Shown piece by piece: positions 7,360 to 16,033 of a stretch of DNA of 39,252 nt (position 1 is its first letter; every line of letters begins with the position of its first letter). This DNA comes from an uncultured Candidatus Bathyarchaeia archaeon (GTDB lineage: Archaea > Thermoproteota > Bathyarchaeia > 40CM-2-53-6 > JALHTG01). The DNA lies in assembly GCA_964529995.1 (NCBI GenBank), contig CAZGZF010000002.1, forward strand, positions 1 through 39,252, written 5' to 3'. Below the pieces are notes generated by a model. That model was not told the DNA's origin. It was given only the letters and a program-made list of their open reading frames with translations, and ran no database searches. The position numbers and the translations under genes are program-made.

Positions 7360-9678
7360 TTGGTGTCTGACATGGGCCAAGCGCTTCTTCGTTTGGTTGC
7401 GAGGACGACCATTCTTACGTTAGTTCTCGTTTCGGCGGTCATATCGACATTGGCGAGTGTTCCAACCAGAAACGTCGCCTGTGTAGATGGCAGACTGCTT
7501 ACGCAAGCCGAAGACATCTCGAGCAACGAGAACGATGAGGTTCCCGTGGTCGTCGTAGGTAGTTCAGGCTTGTCTCTTCCAGAGATTCAACAGCTGAACC
7601 GCATCGGCAAGGTAAGCACTGTAATAGGCAACATAGCAACTGTGCGTCTGGTCAGGGCCCGTATCTATCGGTTAGGGAACCTTGGTTTTGTGACTCGTGT
7701 GGAATCTGGCTATGGAGCGCCAGCCTTGGATGTCAGCGTTCCCGAGATTTGGGGAGTTGATATCGGGAAGAAGACCGCGGAACGAAGAGAAGCGCCTCTG
7801 AACGGCACTGGCGTGATAGTTGGCATCGTAGACACTGGAATTGACTTGAAGCATCCGGACTTCCGATTTGAAAACGGGTCATCAAAGATCCTTTACCTTT
7901 GGGATCAAACGACCACAGGAGTTCAACCTGCAGGATACCGATACGGAACGGAATGGACCAGAGAGCAGATAGAGGCGGGCGCTTGTGATTCGAAGGATCA
8001 AATCGGCCATGGAACTCACGTCGCTGGCATAGCATCTGCAACAGGCGGCTTGACCGGAAGATATGTTGGCGTGGCCCCCGGCTCCTTGCTGATCGTTGTC
8101 AAGAGCGGCTTCAACACACGGAAGGGCTGGAGGTTCAGGTGGGCGGAGGTAATCGATGGAGTCAACTACATTTGGGAAAAAGCCAAGTTTCTCGGGAAGA
8201 GAGCAGCCGTGAACCTCAGCATAGGAAGCAATGCTGGCGGACACGATGGCTCCTCACCTGTCGAGAGGGCCCTGGACCATCTTGTTTCAGAAGGACTTGT
8301 TGTGGTTGTCTCGGCTGGAAATGAGGGTGATAAGAAAACCCACGCTGAAGGAAAGCTCAAAGAGGGGGAGTCCGCCAGTCTTTCGGTTCAGCCCGAAAGC
8401 GATGAAGACGAGATATATCTTGAAGTGTGGTACTCTACATCTAACGCTTTTGACCTCTCGATCAGATCTCCAAGTGGCCTAGTCATCAATGGCTCTACGC
8501 CAAAAGAGGGCGTCTCCATGGAAAGCGGCACAGTACACGTGAGTCACGATATCGAGGCCAGCGGAAAGGCTTGGAAGCTGAGTGTAGGCTCCTCCATGAA
8601 CCTAACGGGTGAAGCTTGGATGATCACGATACAGGGAAGATCGGTAAGCGACGAAGGAGGTTGGAATGCGTGGCTAGGCTCGAAAGGACAGTTCCTTCTA
8701 GGCTCCGGATACGAGATCACCAGAGACAAGACTGTCAATGTACCTGGAACCGGTAGAAACGTAATCACGGTCGGCGCATACGTGACACGCATGCGATGGA
8801 CAACCATGAACGGAACCGAAGACAACTACACAAGTGGCGAGAATATAGGAGACATTGCAAGCTTCAGCTCTTGGGGCCCCACACGAGATGGCAGACTGAA
8901 ACCAGAGATAGCTGCCCCGGGCAAAGGGATTATCTCGTCCAGATCAGCGGACTCTCCCAGATCTGCAAGAGATCCTGACGATGCATATTCTATCAAGCAA
9001 GGTACAAGCATGGCTGCACCACACATCACAGGAGTCGTAGCACTAATCCTGCAATGCAACCCTCACGCCTCTTCTTCAAGTGTTAGAGAGATATTGAGGA
9101 TCGCCGCCAGGCAGGATTCCCACACAGGCCAGATCAACATGAACGGATCCTACATTTGGGGGTTTGGAAAACCCGATGCAAAAAGGGCTGTCACGATCTG
9201 TGCGTCTAGGTATCCTATCAAATTCTTTCTAGTAGGAATCCCCTCTTCAATATCTACAAACGTAGTGATTGACGGTATTCCCAGAGTTCTTGCGTCCGGA
9301 GGGGTGGCTGCAACACTTGAGCTTAGTGTAGGAAGCCAGCTTATGATCTCGGTTGAGCATGTTGTAATTGGAGAATCTTCTCGATTCATGCTACTCTTCA
9401 AGAGGACATCAGAGTATGTATTCGATAGGTGGATAGTAGAGCCGCAAGAATACCGCCCCACGGTTCCTCCGAAAGAGTCCATTTCTGTGGTCGTCGAACG
9501 TCCAATGACGATTGTTGCAGAATGGAAGGAGCAGATTCGCACAGAGTTCGACCAGTTGACCATTGCGGCCATATGGACAGCCATGTGTCTCTTCATAATG
9601 TTGGCGCTAATAATCGCTGTCCAGAGGAAACGAAGACCAAGAATCGGCCAACCCTCAGACAACAGAGACACGGCTTGA
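7360..9678 (+). CDS. Subtilisin-like serine protease (peptidase S8), secreted and C-terminally membrane-anchored
   Basis: The catalytic triad motifs are VGIVDTGID (Asp codon 7831-7833), HGTHVAGIA (His 8008-8010) and GTSMAAPHITG (Ser 9007-9009). There is an N-terminal signal/TM segment (likely start ATG 7372) and a C-terminal TM helix followed by RKRRPR. A large insert lies between the SAGNEG motif and the Ser block. Confidence 0.9.
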   Translation: MVSDMGQALLRLVARTTILTLVLVSAVISTLASVPTRNVACVDGRLLTQAEDISSNENDEVPVVVVGSSGLSLPEIQQLNRIGKVSTVIGNIATVRLVRARIYRLGNLGFVTRVESGYGAPALDVSVPEIWGVDIGKKTAERREAPLNGTGVIVGIVDTGIDLKHPDFRFENGSSKILYLWDQTTTGVQPAGYRYGTEWTREQIEAGACDSKDQIGHGTHVAGIASATGGLTGRYVGVAPGSLLIVVKSGFNTRKGWRFRWAEVIDGVNYIWEKAKFLGKRAAVNLSIGSNAGGHDGSSPVERALDHLVSEGLVVVVSAGNEGDKKTHAEGKLKEGESASLSVQPESDEDEIYLEVWYSTSNAFDLSIRSPSGLVINGSTPKEGVSMESGTVHVSHDIEASGKAWKLSVGSSMNLTGEAWMITIQGRSVSDEGGWNAWLGSKGQFLLGSGYEITRDKTVNVPGTGRNVITVGAYVTRMRWTTMNGTEDNYTSGENIGDIASFSSWGPTRDGRLKPEIAAPGKGIISSRSADSPRSARDPDDAYSIKQGTSMAAPHITGVVALILQCNPHASSSSVREILRIAARQDSHTGQINMNGSYIWGFGKPDAKRAVTICASRYPIKFFLVGIPSSISTNVVIDGIPRVLASGGVAATLELSVGSQLMISVEHVVIGESSRFMLLFKRTSEYVFDRWIVEPQEYRPTVPPKESISVVVERPMTIVAEWKEQIRTEFDQLTIAAIWTAMCLFIMLALIIAVQRKRRPRIGQPSDNRDTA

Positions 9679-9893
9679 GGCATGTGGAAAGAATGACCTG
9701 CCCGAGGCGCGACTGACTACTCAAGCCCTTGACAGTTCTGGAGCTCGTCAGCAAGACATGGGGTTAATGTTGGCAATGTCCGCACACTCAAGACAGTGGT
9801 CCAAGCCTCGCGCCGTTGATTGCTGAGCCTCTGTTGCGGCTTTGGTGTACGTCGCAAAAATCCAACGACCTCGCCAAAACAGGACCGCTACAG

Positions 9894-9900
9894 TTTTATC
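9894..9900 (+). promoter_or_regulatory. TATA-box-like element upstream of rps25e
   Basis: TTTTATC predicts a TSS near 9922, just upstream of GGAGGT 9929-9934. Confidence 0.3.
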
Positions 9901-9941
9901 TGTCCGTTCGATCGTCTACCAACCTAACGGAGGTATAGACG

Positions 9942-10271
9942 ATCGGAGGAGCAAAGAAGAAGAGCCTAGCTCAGATGGAGAAGTCACAAGTCACGCAGGA
10001 AAAAGAGTCAGGCCAGCCAAAGAAAGGTAAGGCGAAATCGGGGCCAGTAGAAAAGAAGCTGAGAGGAGTAGAGTTGCAGGGCGTTGATGACTCGAAGCTC
10101 CTCAGCGAGATCGCAAAGATGAGCGCCATAACCCCCTATGCCGTCTCCTCTCAATTCAACGTGCGAGTTGGGACCGCCAAGGACCTTCTTGAGCAGCTAC
10201 AGAAACGAGGAGTTCTAGTACCTGTCGGGGGAAACGCAAGGATAAGGATATACCGAGCAGTGGCCGCCTAG
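9942..10271 (+). CDS. rps25e: 30S ribosomal protein S25e
   Basis: The C-terminal winged-helix block is ITPYAVSSQFNVRVGTAKDLLEQLQKRGVL. The ORF-track start is ATG 9975, but in-frame upstream codons encode GGAKKKSLAQ right after ATC 9942, which lies 7 nt downstream of GGAGGT (9929-9934). I extended the call to 9942; the conservative call is 9975..10271. Confidence 0.8.
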   Translation: MGGAKKKSLAQMEKSQVTQEKESGQPKKGKAKSGPVEKKLRGVELQGVDDSKLLSEIAKMSAITPYAVSSQFNVRVGTAKDLLEQLQKRGVLVPVGGNARIRIYRAVAA

Positions 10272-10651
10272 AGGCTCTCAAGAGTTATTCTCGTTCCTTG
10301 CTTGACTTCCCTGAACAGATCCAACCCTTCAGCGATCCTTCCGATGACGTTGACCGGGCTGTAAGGCTGCGAGTTCCCATAGAACACGCAGACAGCAGAG
10401 CCAAGCGGCCAGTACGCTATCGTTCCCTTCTCAACTCTTGTTTTCTCCTTCTCAGTACCTATAGTAACGTTCGTCTGAAAGTAGACCTCCTCCCTCCAGA
10501 CAGCAGCTCTACCTTCAAGCGGCATTGCTCTCATCAACGCCTCAACAGTACGAGGAGCAAGGAATCTTACAAGCTCACCAGTTGCCGCACCAACTCCGTC
10601 AAGCAGAAACCTCACTTTGAACCGAGAAAACTCTTGCGCCATCACCATCAA
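10268..10651 (-). CDS. Cyclophilin-like superfamily protein (TM1367/PF04126-like)
   Basis: 127 aa. It matches the typical pattern F.L....AP.T.EAL..A.P......W.EE.YF......G.E........G.IAYWP.G.A.C.FYG...PYSPVN.IG. Confidence 0.65.
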   Translation of the reverse strand: MMVMAQEFSRFKVRFLLDGVGAATGELVRFLAPRTVEALMRAMPLEGRAAVWREEVYFQTNVTIGTEKEKTRVEKGTIAYWPLGSAVCVFYGNSQPYSPVNVIGRIAEGLDLFREVKQGTRITLESL

Positions 10652-10762
10652 CAGCTATTGTGAACAGTACTCGGCACAAGAATTGCTTATACGAAATGTT
10701 CAGCATAGACTATGTCAATTCCCATGTAAATATGGGGGGCCTAGACACTGATATCTGAGACC

Positions 10763-11290
10763 TTGCTTCTCTTATCTGTGATATCAGCCGTTGTCGCTGT
10801 TCTGGCGAGCCCTTCAGTCACGACCCGGTTTGCACTGGCCTTCCTAGGACTGCTATCTTCTCTGGTCCCATATCTTCACGGCGAACACTTGGCTGGCTTT
10901 GCCCTAGTTCTTTCATCAGGGGTGCTCTTGCCTTCTGTACTTGCGCGAAGATTCGACAAAGCGGAGAGGGCGACAAGAGAAATTGGCGGCTTTCAGGTGT
11001 CAACGGTAGCGCTTCACGTGGTGGCGGCCTTAACGATGAGCATCCTTGTTCAACTTCAGCCCACAGAGACTGCCTTGGCCATTCTCGTCTCTGTCGGCTT
11101 GGCTGGTTTTTCTATCAGAGAGTCCTCACTGAAAGCTGTTCTTGGCTTGATCGTGATGTCCCAAGTTGCACTAGTGATGATTTCTCTGAGAAGCCCCCCA
11201 CTATGGATCGTGTTGTCCATAGAACTCTGCCGCATTTCATCCGTCTTCCTTGTCTTCTTGAACGGCCGGCGAGATTCGCGCCAAACATAG
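10763..11290 (+). CDS. Hypothetical integral membrane protein (about 5 TM segments)
   Basis: 175 aa, strongly hydrophobic with periodic charged loops. TTG start. No family recognised. Confidence 0.5.
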   Translation: MLLLSVISAVVAVLASPSVTTRFALAFLGLLSSLVPYLHGEHLAGFALVLSSGVLLPSVLARRFDKAERATREIGGFQVSTVALHVVAALTMSILVQLQPTETALAILVSVGLAGFSIRESSLKAVLGLIVMSQVALVMISLRSPPLWIVLSIELCRISSVFLVFLNGRRDSRQT

Positions 11291-11340
11291 TGTGCCCTGA
11301 AGCTGTCCTGTGTCCGCTGGGCTTTTGCAGCTTAAGAACC

Positions 11341-11349
11341 TATAATATT
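11341..11349 (+). promoter_or_regulatory. TATA-box-like element upstream of the COG2403 gene
   Basis: TATAATATT is centred ~27 nt upstream of GTG 11372. Confidence 0.35.
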
Positions 11350-11371
11350 CTGTGTGACGTGTAGGGCCTGA

Positions 11372-12727
11372 GTGGGAATCAGAATGTATTCATTTCCACC
11401 TCGGCGGATCAAGACAATAATCATGGGCGCAGCTGGAAGGGACTTTCACAACTTCAATGTCTGCTTCAGGGAGGATGACCGATTCGAGGTAGTGGCATTT
11501 ACGGCGTCACAGATCCCGGGAATAGAGAGACGCGTCTACCCCTTTGAACTGGCTGGACAGCTGTATCCGAGCGGGATCCCAATCCACCCTGAAGAAGAAC
11601 TGACACAGCTAATATCGAGGTTGCAGGCTATGCAGGTGGTGCTGGCGTACAGTGATCTTTCCTACCAAGAAGTCATGCACAAGGCATCTGTTGTTCTCGC
11701 TTCAGGAGCGGACTTTGTGTTGCAGGGGCCGCGGAGCACCATGCTACATGCGAAGGTGCCGGTTATCTCCGTGTGTGCAGTAAGAACCGGGGCTGGCAAG
11801 AGTACCGTCGCCAGGAAGATAACAGACATGCTTCGGAAACTGAATCGCAAAGTAGTCGTAGTCCGCCATCCAATGCCCTACGGAGATCTGCGGGCCCAAG
11901 CAGTTCAGCGGTTCGCAATATACGAAGACCTTGATCGGTACAACTGCACTATTGAGGAGCGTGAAGAGTACGAGCCACATCTCGAGAAGGGAAACGTTGT
12001 TTTCGCAGGTGTTGACTATGGCAGGATTCTCTCAGCAGCAGAGAAAGAGTCAGAGATAATATTGTGGGATGGAGGAAACAACGATATTCCGTTCTACGTG
12101 CCTGATATACATATAGTCGTAGCAGATCCTCTAAGACCTGGGCACGAGACAAGTTACTACCCCGGGGAGGTCAATGTGAGGATGGCTGACATCATAGTTC
12201 TCAACAAGGTCGACACTGCAACCCGAGATGCAATCGAAGTTGTGAGAAGAAACGTGAGACAACTGAATCCTGACGCACCTATCGTTGAAACCGCATCTTC
12301 AGTCAGAGTGAATGATCCGAAGCTTATTGAGGGCAAGCGTGTTCTCGTCGTGGAGGACGGCCCTACGGTCACCCATGGGGACATGCCCTATGGTGCAGGG
12401 ATGATGGCGTCCCGGAAGTTTGGAGCAAGGCAACTTGTTGACCCCAAGCCATTGGCTATAGGTTCAATCAAAGAAACTTTCCAGAAGTATCCGCATCTGG
12501 AGTCTGTTCTTCCGGCAATGGGATACGGTGAGAAGCAGATAAGTGAATTAAGACAAACAATCGCGAAGGCCGACTGTGATACGATTGTAGTCGCAACGCC
12601 AATAGATATCACAAGGATCATGAAGCTCGATAGGCCGACAGTGAGAGTGAGATACGAAATAGAGGAACGATCGAAACCAACTCTAGAAGAGATAGTCTCT
12701 CAGAAGCTCAGGCGATTGCCTTCTTGA
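11372..12727 (+). CDS. COG2403 P-loop protein (cyclic 2,3-diphosphoglycerate synthetase-like / predicted GTPase)
   Basis: N-terminal IIMGAAGRDFHNFN, P-loop VRTGAGKST, WDGGNND and NKVD blocks are characteristic of the cDPG-synthetase/COG2403 family. The start is GTG 11372 or ATG 11384. Confidence 0.7.
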   Translation: MGIRMYSFPPRRIKTIIMGAAGRDFHNFNVCFREDDRFEVVAFTASQIPGIERRVYPFELAGQLYPSGIPIHPEEELTQLISRLQAMQVVLAYSDLSYQEVMHKASVVLASGADFVLQGPRSTMLHAKVPVISVCAVRTGAGKSTVARKITDMLRKLNRKVVVVRHPMPYGDLRAQAVQRFAIYEDLDRYNCTIEEREEYEPHLEKGNVVFAGVDYGRILSAAEKESEIILWDGGNNDIPFYVPDIHIVVADPLRPGHETSYYPGEVNVRMADIIVLNKVDTATRDAIEVVRRNVRQLNPDAPIVETASSVRVNDPKLIEGKRVLVVEDGPTVTHGDMPYGAGMMASRKFGARQLVDPKPLAIGSIKETFQKYPHLESVLPAMGYGEKQISELRQTIAKADCDTIVVATPIDITRIMKLDRPTVRVRYEIEERSKPTLEEIVSQKLRRLPS

Positions 12728-13829
12728 CGTTATCGGCAACATACATCACATCCTCAGGCGTCATCGCTGGATGGACAGGTAACGAGAATACCTGCCTCGC
12801 AGCTCTCTCAGTTTCAGGCAGCATTCCCCTCTTTCCACCACAAACGTCTCTGTACAGAGGAAGAAGGTGAACAGGAGTTTCGTAGTAGACGCCGATTTCA
12901 ATATTCTTGTTTCGTAGTTTCTCAACAATCTTGTTTCTCTTGCCTGCGTTCGCGCCTCGGACCCGAACTGTGTAAAGATACCAAGCATGTCTCATTTCGC
13001 TAGGCTCAATCGGGGTCATCAACTTACCCGACGTGCCAAGCTGTTCCGTCAACACCTTAGCGTTTTCACGTCTCCTCTCCACTAGAGACGAGAGTTTTCT
13101 CAGCTGGGTGGTACCCATTGCAGCAGCTAGCTCCGTCATGCGATAATTGTTGCCAATCCTGGAAACCCAGTAGGGCCTTTCTTCTCCATGGGTTCTCACC
13201 ATTCTGAGAATCTGAGCCAAGTCATCATCGTTCGTCGTGATCATGCCTCCCTCTCCAGTCGTCATGTTCTTGGACGAGTAGAAGCTGAAACAGGCCATAT
13301 CTCCCAACGACCCCGCCTTCCTTTGTCTATACGTTGCCGCGTGTGCTTGGGCTGCATCCTCAATCACCATTACTCCCTTTCGCCTGCCGATCTCCATTAT
13401 TGGATCCATGTCACATGGCAGACCGTAAAGGTGGACAGGTACTATCGCCCTCGTTTCCCTGCTGATCGAGTTCTCCACCTCATCTAAGGACATGCAGTAT
13501 GTATCACTCCTGACATCAGCAAATCTAGGCCTAGCTCCGCATAGCAAAACAGAGCTCGCGGTCGCTGCGAAAGTGAAAGAAGGAATGAGGACTTCGTCTC
13601 CACGTTTGACGCTGGCTGCAAGCAAAGCACAGTGAAGCGCAGCGGTTCCGCTACTCACTGCGACAGCATGTTTCACTCCGACAAACCTTCCAAACTCCCG
13701 TTCGAACTCTAAGACCCTAGGACCTGTTCCGCTCTTGTGCGTGAGAATTCCACTCTTCAGGACAGCGGTAACAGCCTCGATTTCGTCTTTTCCTATTAGT
13801 GGCTCGTTCAGCTTGATGAGGTCTCTCAA
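12708..13829 (-). CDS. DegT/DnrJ/EryC1/StrS family PLP-dependent (sugar) aminotransferase
   Basis: Family blocks are EIEAV..VLKSG, FE.EF..F.G.KHAVAVSSGTAALH and SFYSSKNMTTGEGG (PLP-Lys region). TTG start at 13827-13829. The 3' end overlaps the convergent gene by 20 nt. Confidence 0.88.
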   Translation of the reverse strand: MRDLIKLNEPLIGKDEIEAVTAVLKSGILTHKSGTGPRVLEFEREFGRFVGVKHAVAVSSGTAALHCALLAASVKRGDEVLIPSFTFAATASSVLLCGARPRFADVRSDTYCMSLDEVENSISRETRAIVPVHLYGLPCDMDPIMEIGRRKGVMVIEDAAQAHAATYRQRKAGSLGDMACFSFYSSKNMTTGEGGMITTNDDDLAQILRMVRTHGEERPYWVSRIGNNYRMTELAAAMGTTQLRKLSSLVERRRENAKVLTEQLGTSGKLMTPIEPSEMRHAWYLYTVRVRGANAGKRNKIVEKLRNKNIEIGVYYETPVHLLPLYRDVCGGKRGMLPETERAARQVFSLPVHPAMTPEDVMYVADNVKKAIA

Positions 13830-13987
13830 GTTCTCCTCATCTCAATCCGGCAACTGATCTGCGAACTGTGTCTAAAAGGGTTTCGAGAAAGCACGATCGG
13901 TCGTCAGACTGCAAAACATCACACAATAATCAGGTATGCTTAAGAAAGCGAAGCTGAAGGTGATCATCAAATAGGAGATCATGCGAC

Positions 13988-15250
13988 ATGGACGAGCCCT
14001 CAGTATTCATGATTCCTCTCGCAACTAGGATGCATATGGACAGAGCAATCGAGCCAGTGAATCTTGCTAGAGAGCTGCTTCAGAGATCTGGAATCAAAGT
14101 GTTCGGACGGAAATCGCCAGCATTGAAAGCTGAGGATATTCCTCACTTTCCTACAGAAGAATACGACGCAGTAGTGGTATTCTTGGCGAGCGGCGGAACA
14201 TCTGAACTTGCAGCGAATATTGTTGCAGGCAACCAGTATTTCATCTGGGCTTACGACGAAGTCAACAGCCTATCCTCAGCGCTGAGCGTAAGGGAGAAGT
14301 TGAGGGGAATTGAGGCGTGGCGCGGCGAGATCGCGTATAACAGTCTGGATGAAGCTCCACAGAGCATAATAGCCCAGGCAAGAGCATCGCGTCTCCTGAA
14401 GTCAACAAGAGAGTTGAGAATCGGTCTGATAGGAGATGAAGAATATTTCGACGATAAGGGGGATGAAGCTAAAGCCCTCTTTGAGCTCCTTGGCACAGAA
14501 GTGATGAAGATTCCCATTAGCGATTTGATATCTGAGTTTAGAAGTCAGACCGATGATCAAGCTTCCAAGATCGTGGACGAGAAGTTGTCCACGGCTTCGG
14601 TGATGGAGCCTAGCAGAAAGGATCTGCAGAAATCCGCAAGAATGTACTTAGCTTTCAAGTCTCTGTTTCTCAAGGGCAAGATTGATGCGGTTTCTCTTGA
14701 TTGCTTTCGACTTGTCAAGAGAACCGGCACCTCTGCGTGCTTGGCATTTTCTCTTTTGGTTGACGAAGGAAGAGTGTCAGTGTGCGAAGGTGACCTTCGA
14801 TCCTCGGCCCTGATGATGATCTTCAAGGAACTCGTTGGACCAAGCTGGCTCGGAAACCTTGTGCAGGTTGATCGAAGCCTCAACACGATAACTCTTGCAC
14901 ATTGCACTGCTGCGACTTCCCTCGCCGAAGCCGGGGGCAGGGTTATTCTTAGAAGCCATTTTGAATCTGGTGAGGGGGTATCCCTTGATGTTCCTCTTAG
15001 ACGGTTGCCCCTGACCATCGCGAATCTACAGTTCAACCCCCTTCAAATGGTTGTTGCGAGAGGAGAGCTTCTCGAGTCTCAAATCGGCAAGTTTTCCTTG
15101 TGCAGAACGCAGGCAAAGATCAGGCTCTCAGGGAGTGTTGACCGGCTTCTTCAGTTTACGGGTAACCATCACGTGATGGCATATGGTGACTGGAGTGAGA
15201 CTCTTCTTAGAATAGGAAGCAAGCTGAACATGTCGATTGTGGAGGTCTAG
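13988..15250 (+). CDS. L-fucose/L-arabinose isomerase-like protein (COG2407-like)
   Basis: 420 aa. Features are an N-terminal IPLATR strand, the acidic CEGDL motif and a C-terminal GNHHVMAYGD block resembling the FucI/AraA superfamily. Substrate unknown. Confidence 0.55.
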   Translation: MDEPSVFMIPLATRMHMDRAIEPVNLARELLQRSGIKVFGRKSPALKAEDIPHFPTEEYDAVVVFLASGGTSELAANIVAGNQYFIWAYDEVNSLSSALSVREKLRGIEAWRGEIAYNSLDEAPQSIIAQARASRLLKSTRELRIGLIGDEEYFDDKGDEAKALFELLGTEVMKIPISDLISEFRSQTDDQASKIVDEKLSTASVMEPSRKDLQKSARMYLAFKSLFLKGKIDAVSLDCFRLVKRTGTSACLAFSLLVDEGRVSVCEGDLRSSALMMIFKELVGPSWLGNLVQVDRSLNTITLAHCTAATSLAEAGGRVILRSHFESGEGVSLDVPLRRLPLTIANLQFNPLQMVVARGELLESQIGKFSLCRTQAKIRLSGSVDRLLQFTGNHHVMAYGDWSETLLRIGSKLNMSIVEV

Positions 15251-15511
15251 CCGGAATCGATTTCGCATCGGGAGTTCACGCCTTTCCATCTTCTAACAGA
15301 ACCGTTCGCAGTAAACCTTATATCAGCTCTGTCGTGTGTCTTGGGTAATTCCGCCAGAGGCCAGACTCATTGAGTCGTATGACGACTTCCACGCGAATCG
15401 CGGCGGTTTTCAGATTTTGCAGGGAAGAGGAACAGTTGTCCACGTGAGAGGCAACGACAAATTGAGGATCGAGAAAGAAGGCTGGCCGCGCAAGTTCCTA
15501 CTGACAGACGT

Positions 15512-15802
15512 GTGAGGAATCCGCCTTTGAGTTCAAGGAAACCGAAGGCCATCCGGCTAATCGGCCCAAAGAAGCTTACTCGATTCGAGAGGGCGAGGGT
15601 TGTAGGAGCCAGGGCTCTGCAGATATCCATGGGTGCTCCCGTGCTCATAGATGTATCGCGGTCCTCAAAATCACCCATTGACATTGCCCTCATGGAGCTG
15701 GAGCAGGGAGTTCTTCCGATAAGCATTAGGAGGACTCTTCCAGACGGAGAAAGTCAGAACATTCCGCTAAGAGTCTTGCTTGAAGGTCAATCTAAGAAAT
15801 AG
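15512..15802 (+). CDS. rpoK: DNA-directed RNA polymerase subunit K (Rpo6)
   Basis: [26 protein letters not shown] and [16 protein letters not shown] are the conserved Rpo6/RpoK core. GTG 15512 is the first canonical start in frame. Confidence 0.85.
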   Translation: MRNPPLSSRKPKAIRLIGPKKLTRFERARVVGARALQISMGAPVLIDVSRSSKSPIDIALMELEQGVLPISIRRTLPDGESQNIPLRVLLEGQSKK

Positions 15803-15838
15803 TGTCATTCTGGACGCTCTTATCAGAGAGGTCTCGGT

Positions 15839-16033
15839 ATGGGTGAGCGAAAATACTGGGTCATTGCTTTTGCCGTCATGTCGCTGGGTTCTCTGATAGT
15901 TGTGTCCACTAGGTTCTTGCGTACACCCTTCTTTGCTGTCGAGTTTGAAATCTGTATTTTCTACTTTCCTACACTCATACTGGGGCTAGTCTGTCTCAGA
16001 CTCATGAAAGAAGAAGTTCGTTCCCGATTCTGA
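15839..16033 (+). CDS. Possible small membrane protein (2 TM), 64 aa
   Basis: ATG start and two hydrophobic segments. It overlaps the 3' end of the convergent radical SAM gene by 32 nt. There is no homology evidence. Confidence 0.3.
   Translation: MGERKYWVIAFAVMSLGSLIVVSTRFLRTPFFAVEFEICIFYFPTLILGLVCLRLMKEEVRSRF

Noticed and set aside
9150-9683. 177-aa minus-strand ORF opposite the subtilase C-terminus. The same pattern occurs at 14557-15036, 37693-38283, 35823-36197, 1650-1997 and in many shorter ORF-track entries.
   Set aside because: All of these lie fully inside genes with strong family motifs on the other strand. They have no recognisable motifs of their own and are treated as shadow ORFs.
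13814-13856. UGAUGA ... CUGA spacing resembling a C/D box sRNA. Other UGAUGA hits are at 18872 and 23651.
   Set aside because: There are no internal C'/D' boxes, no terminal stem and the guide spacing is wrong. The first hit overlaps the DegT start codon region. The others lack a D box at 40-60 nt.
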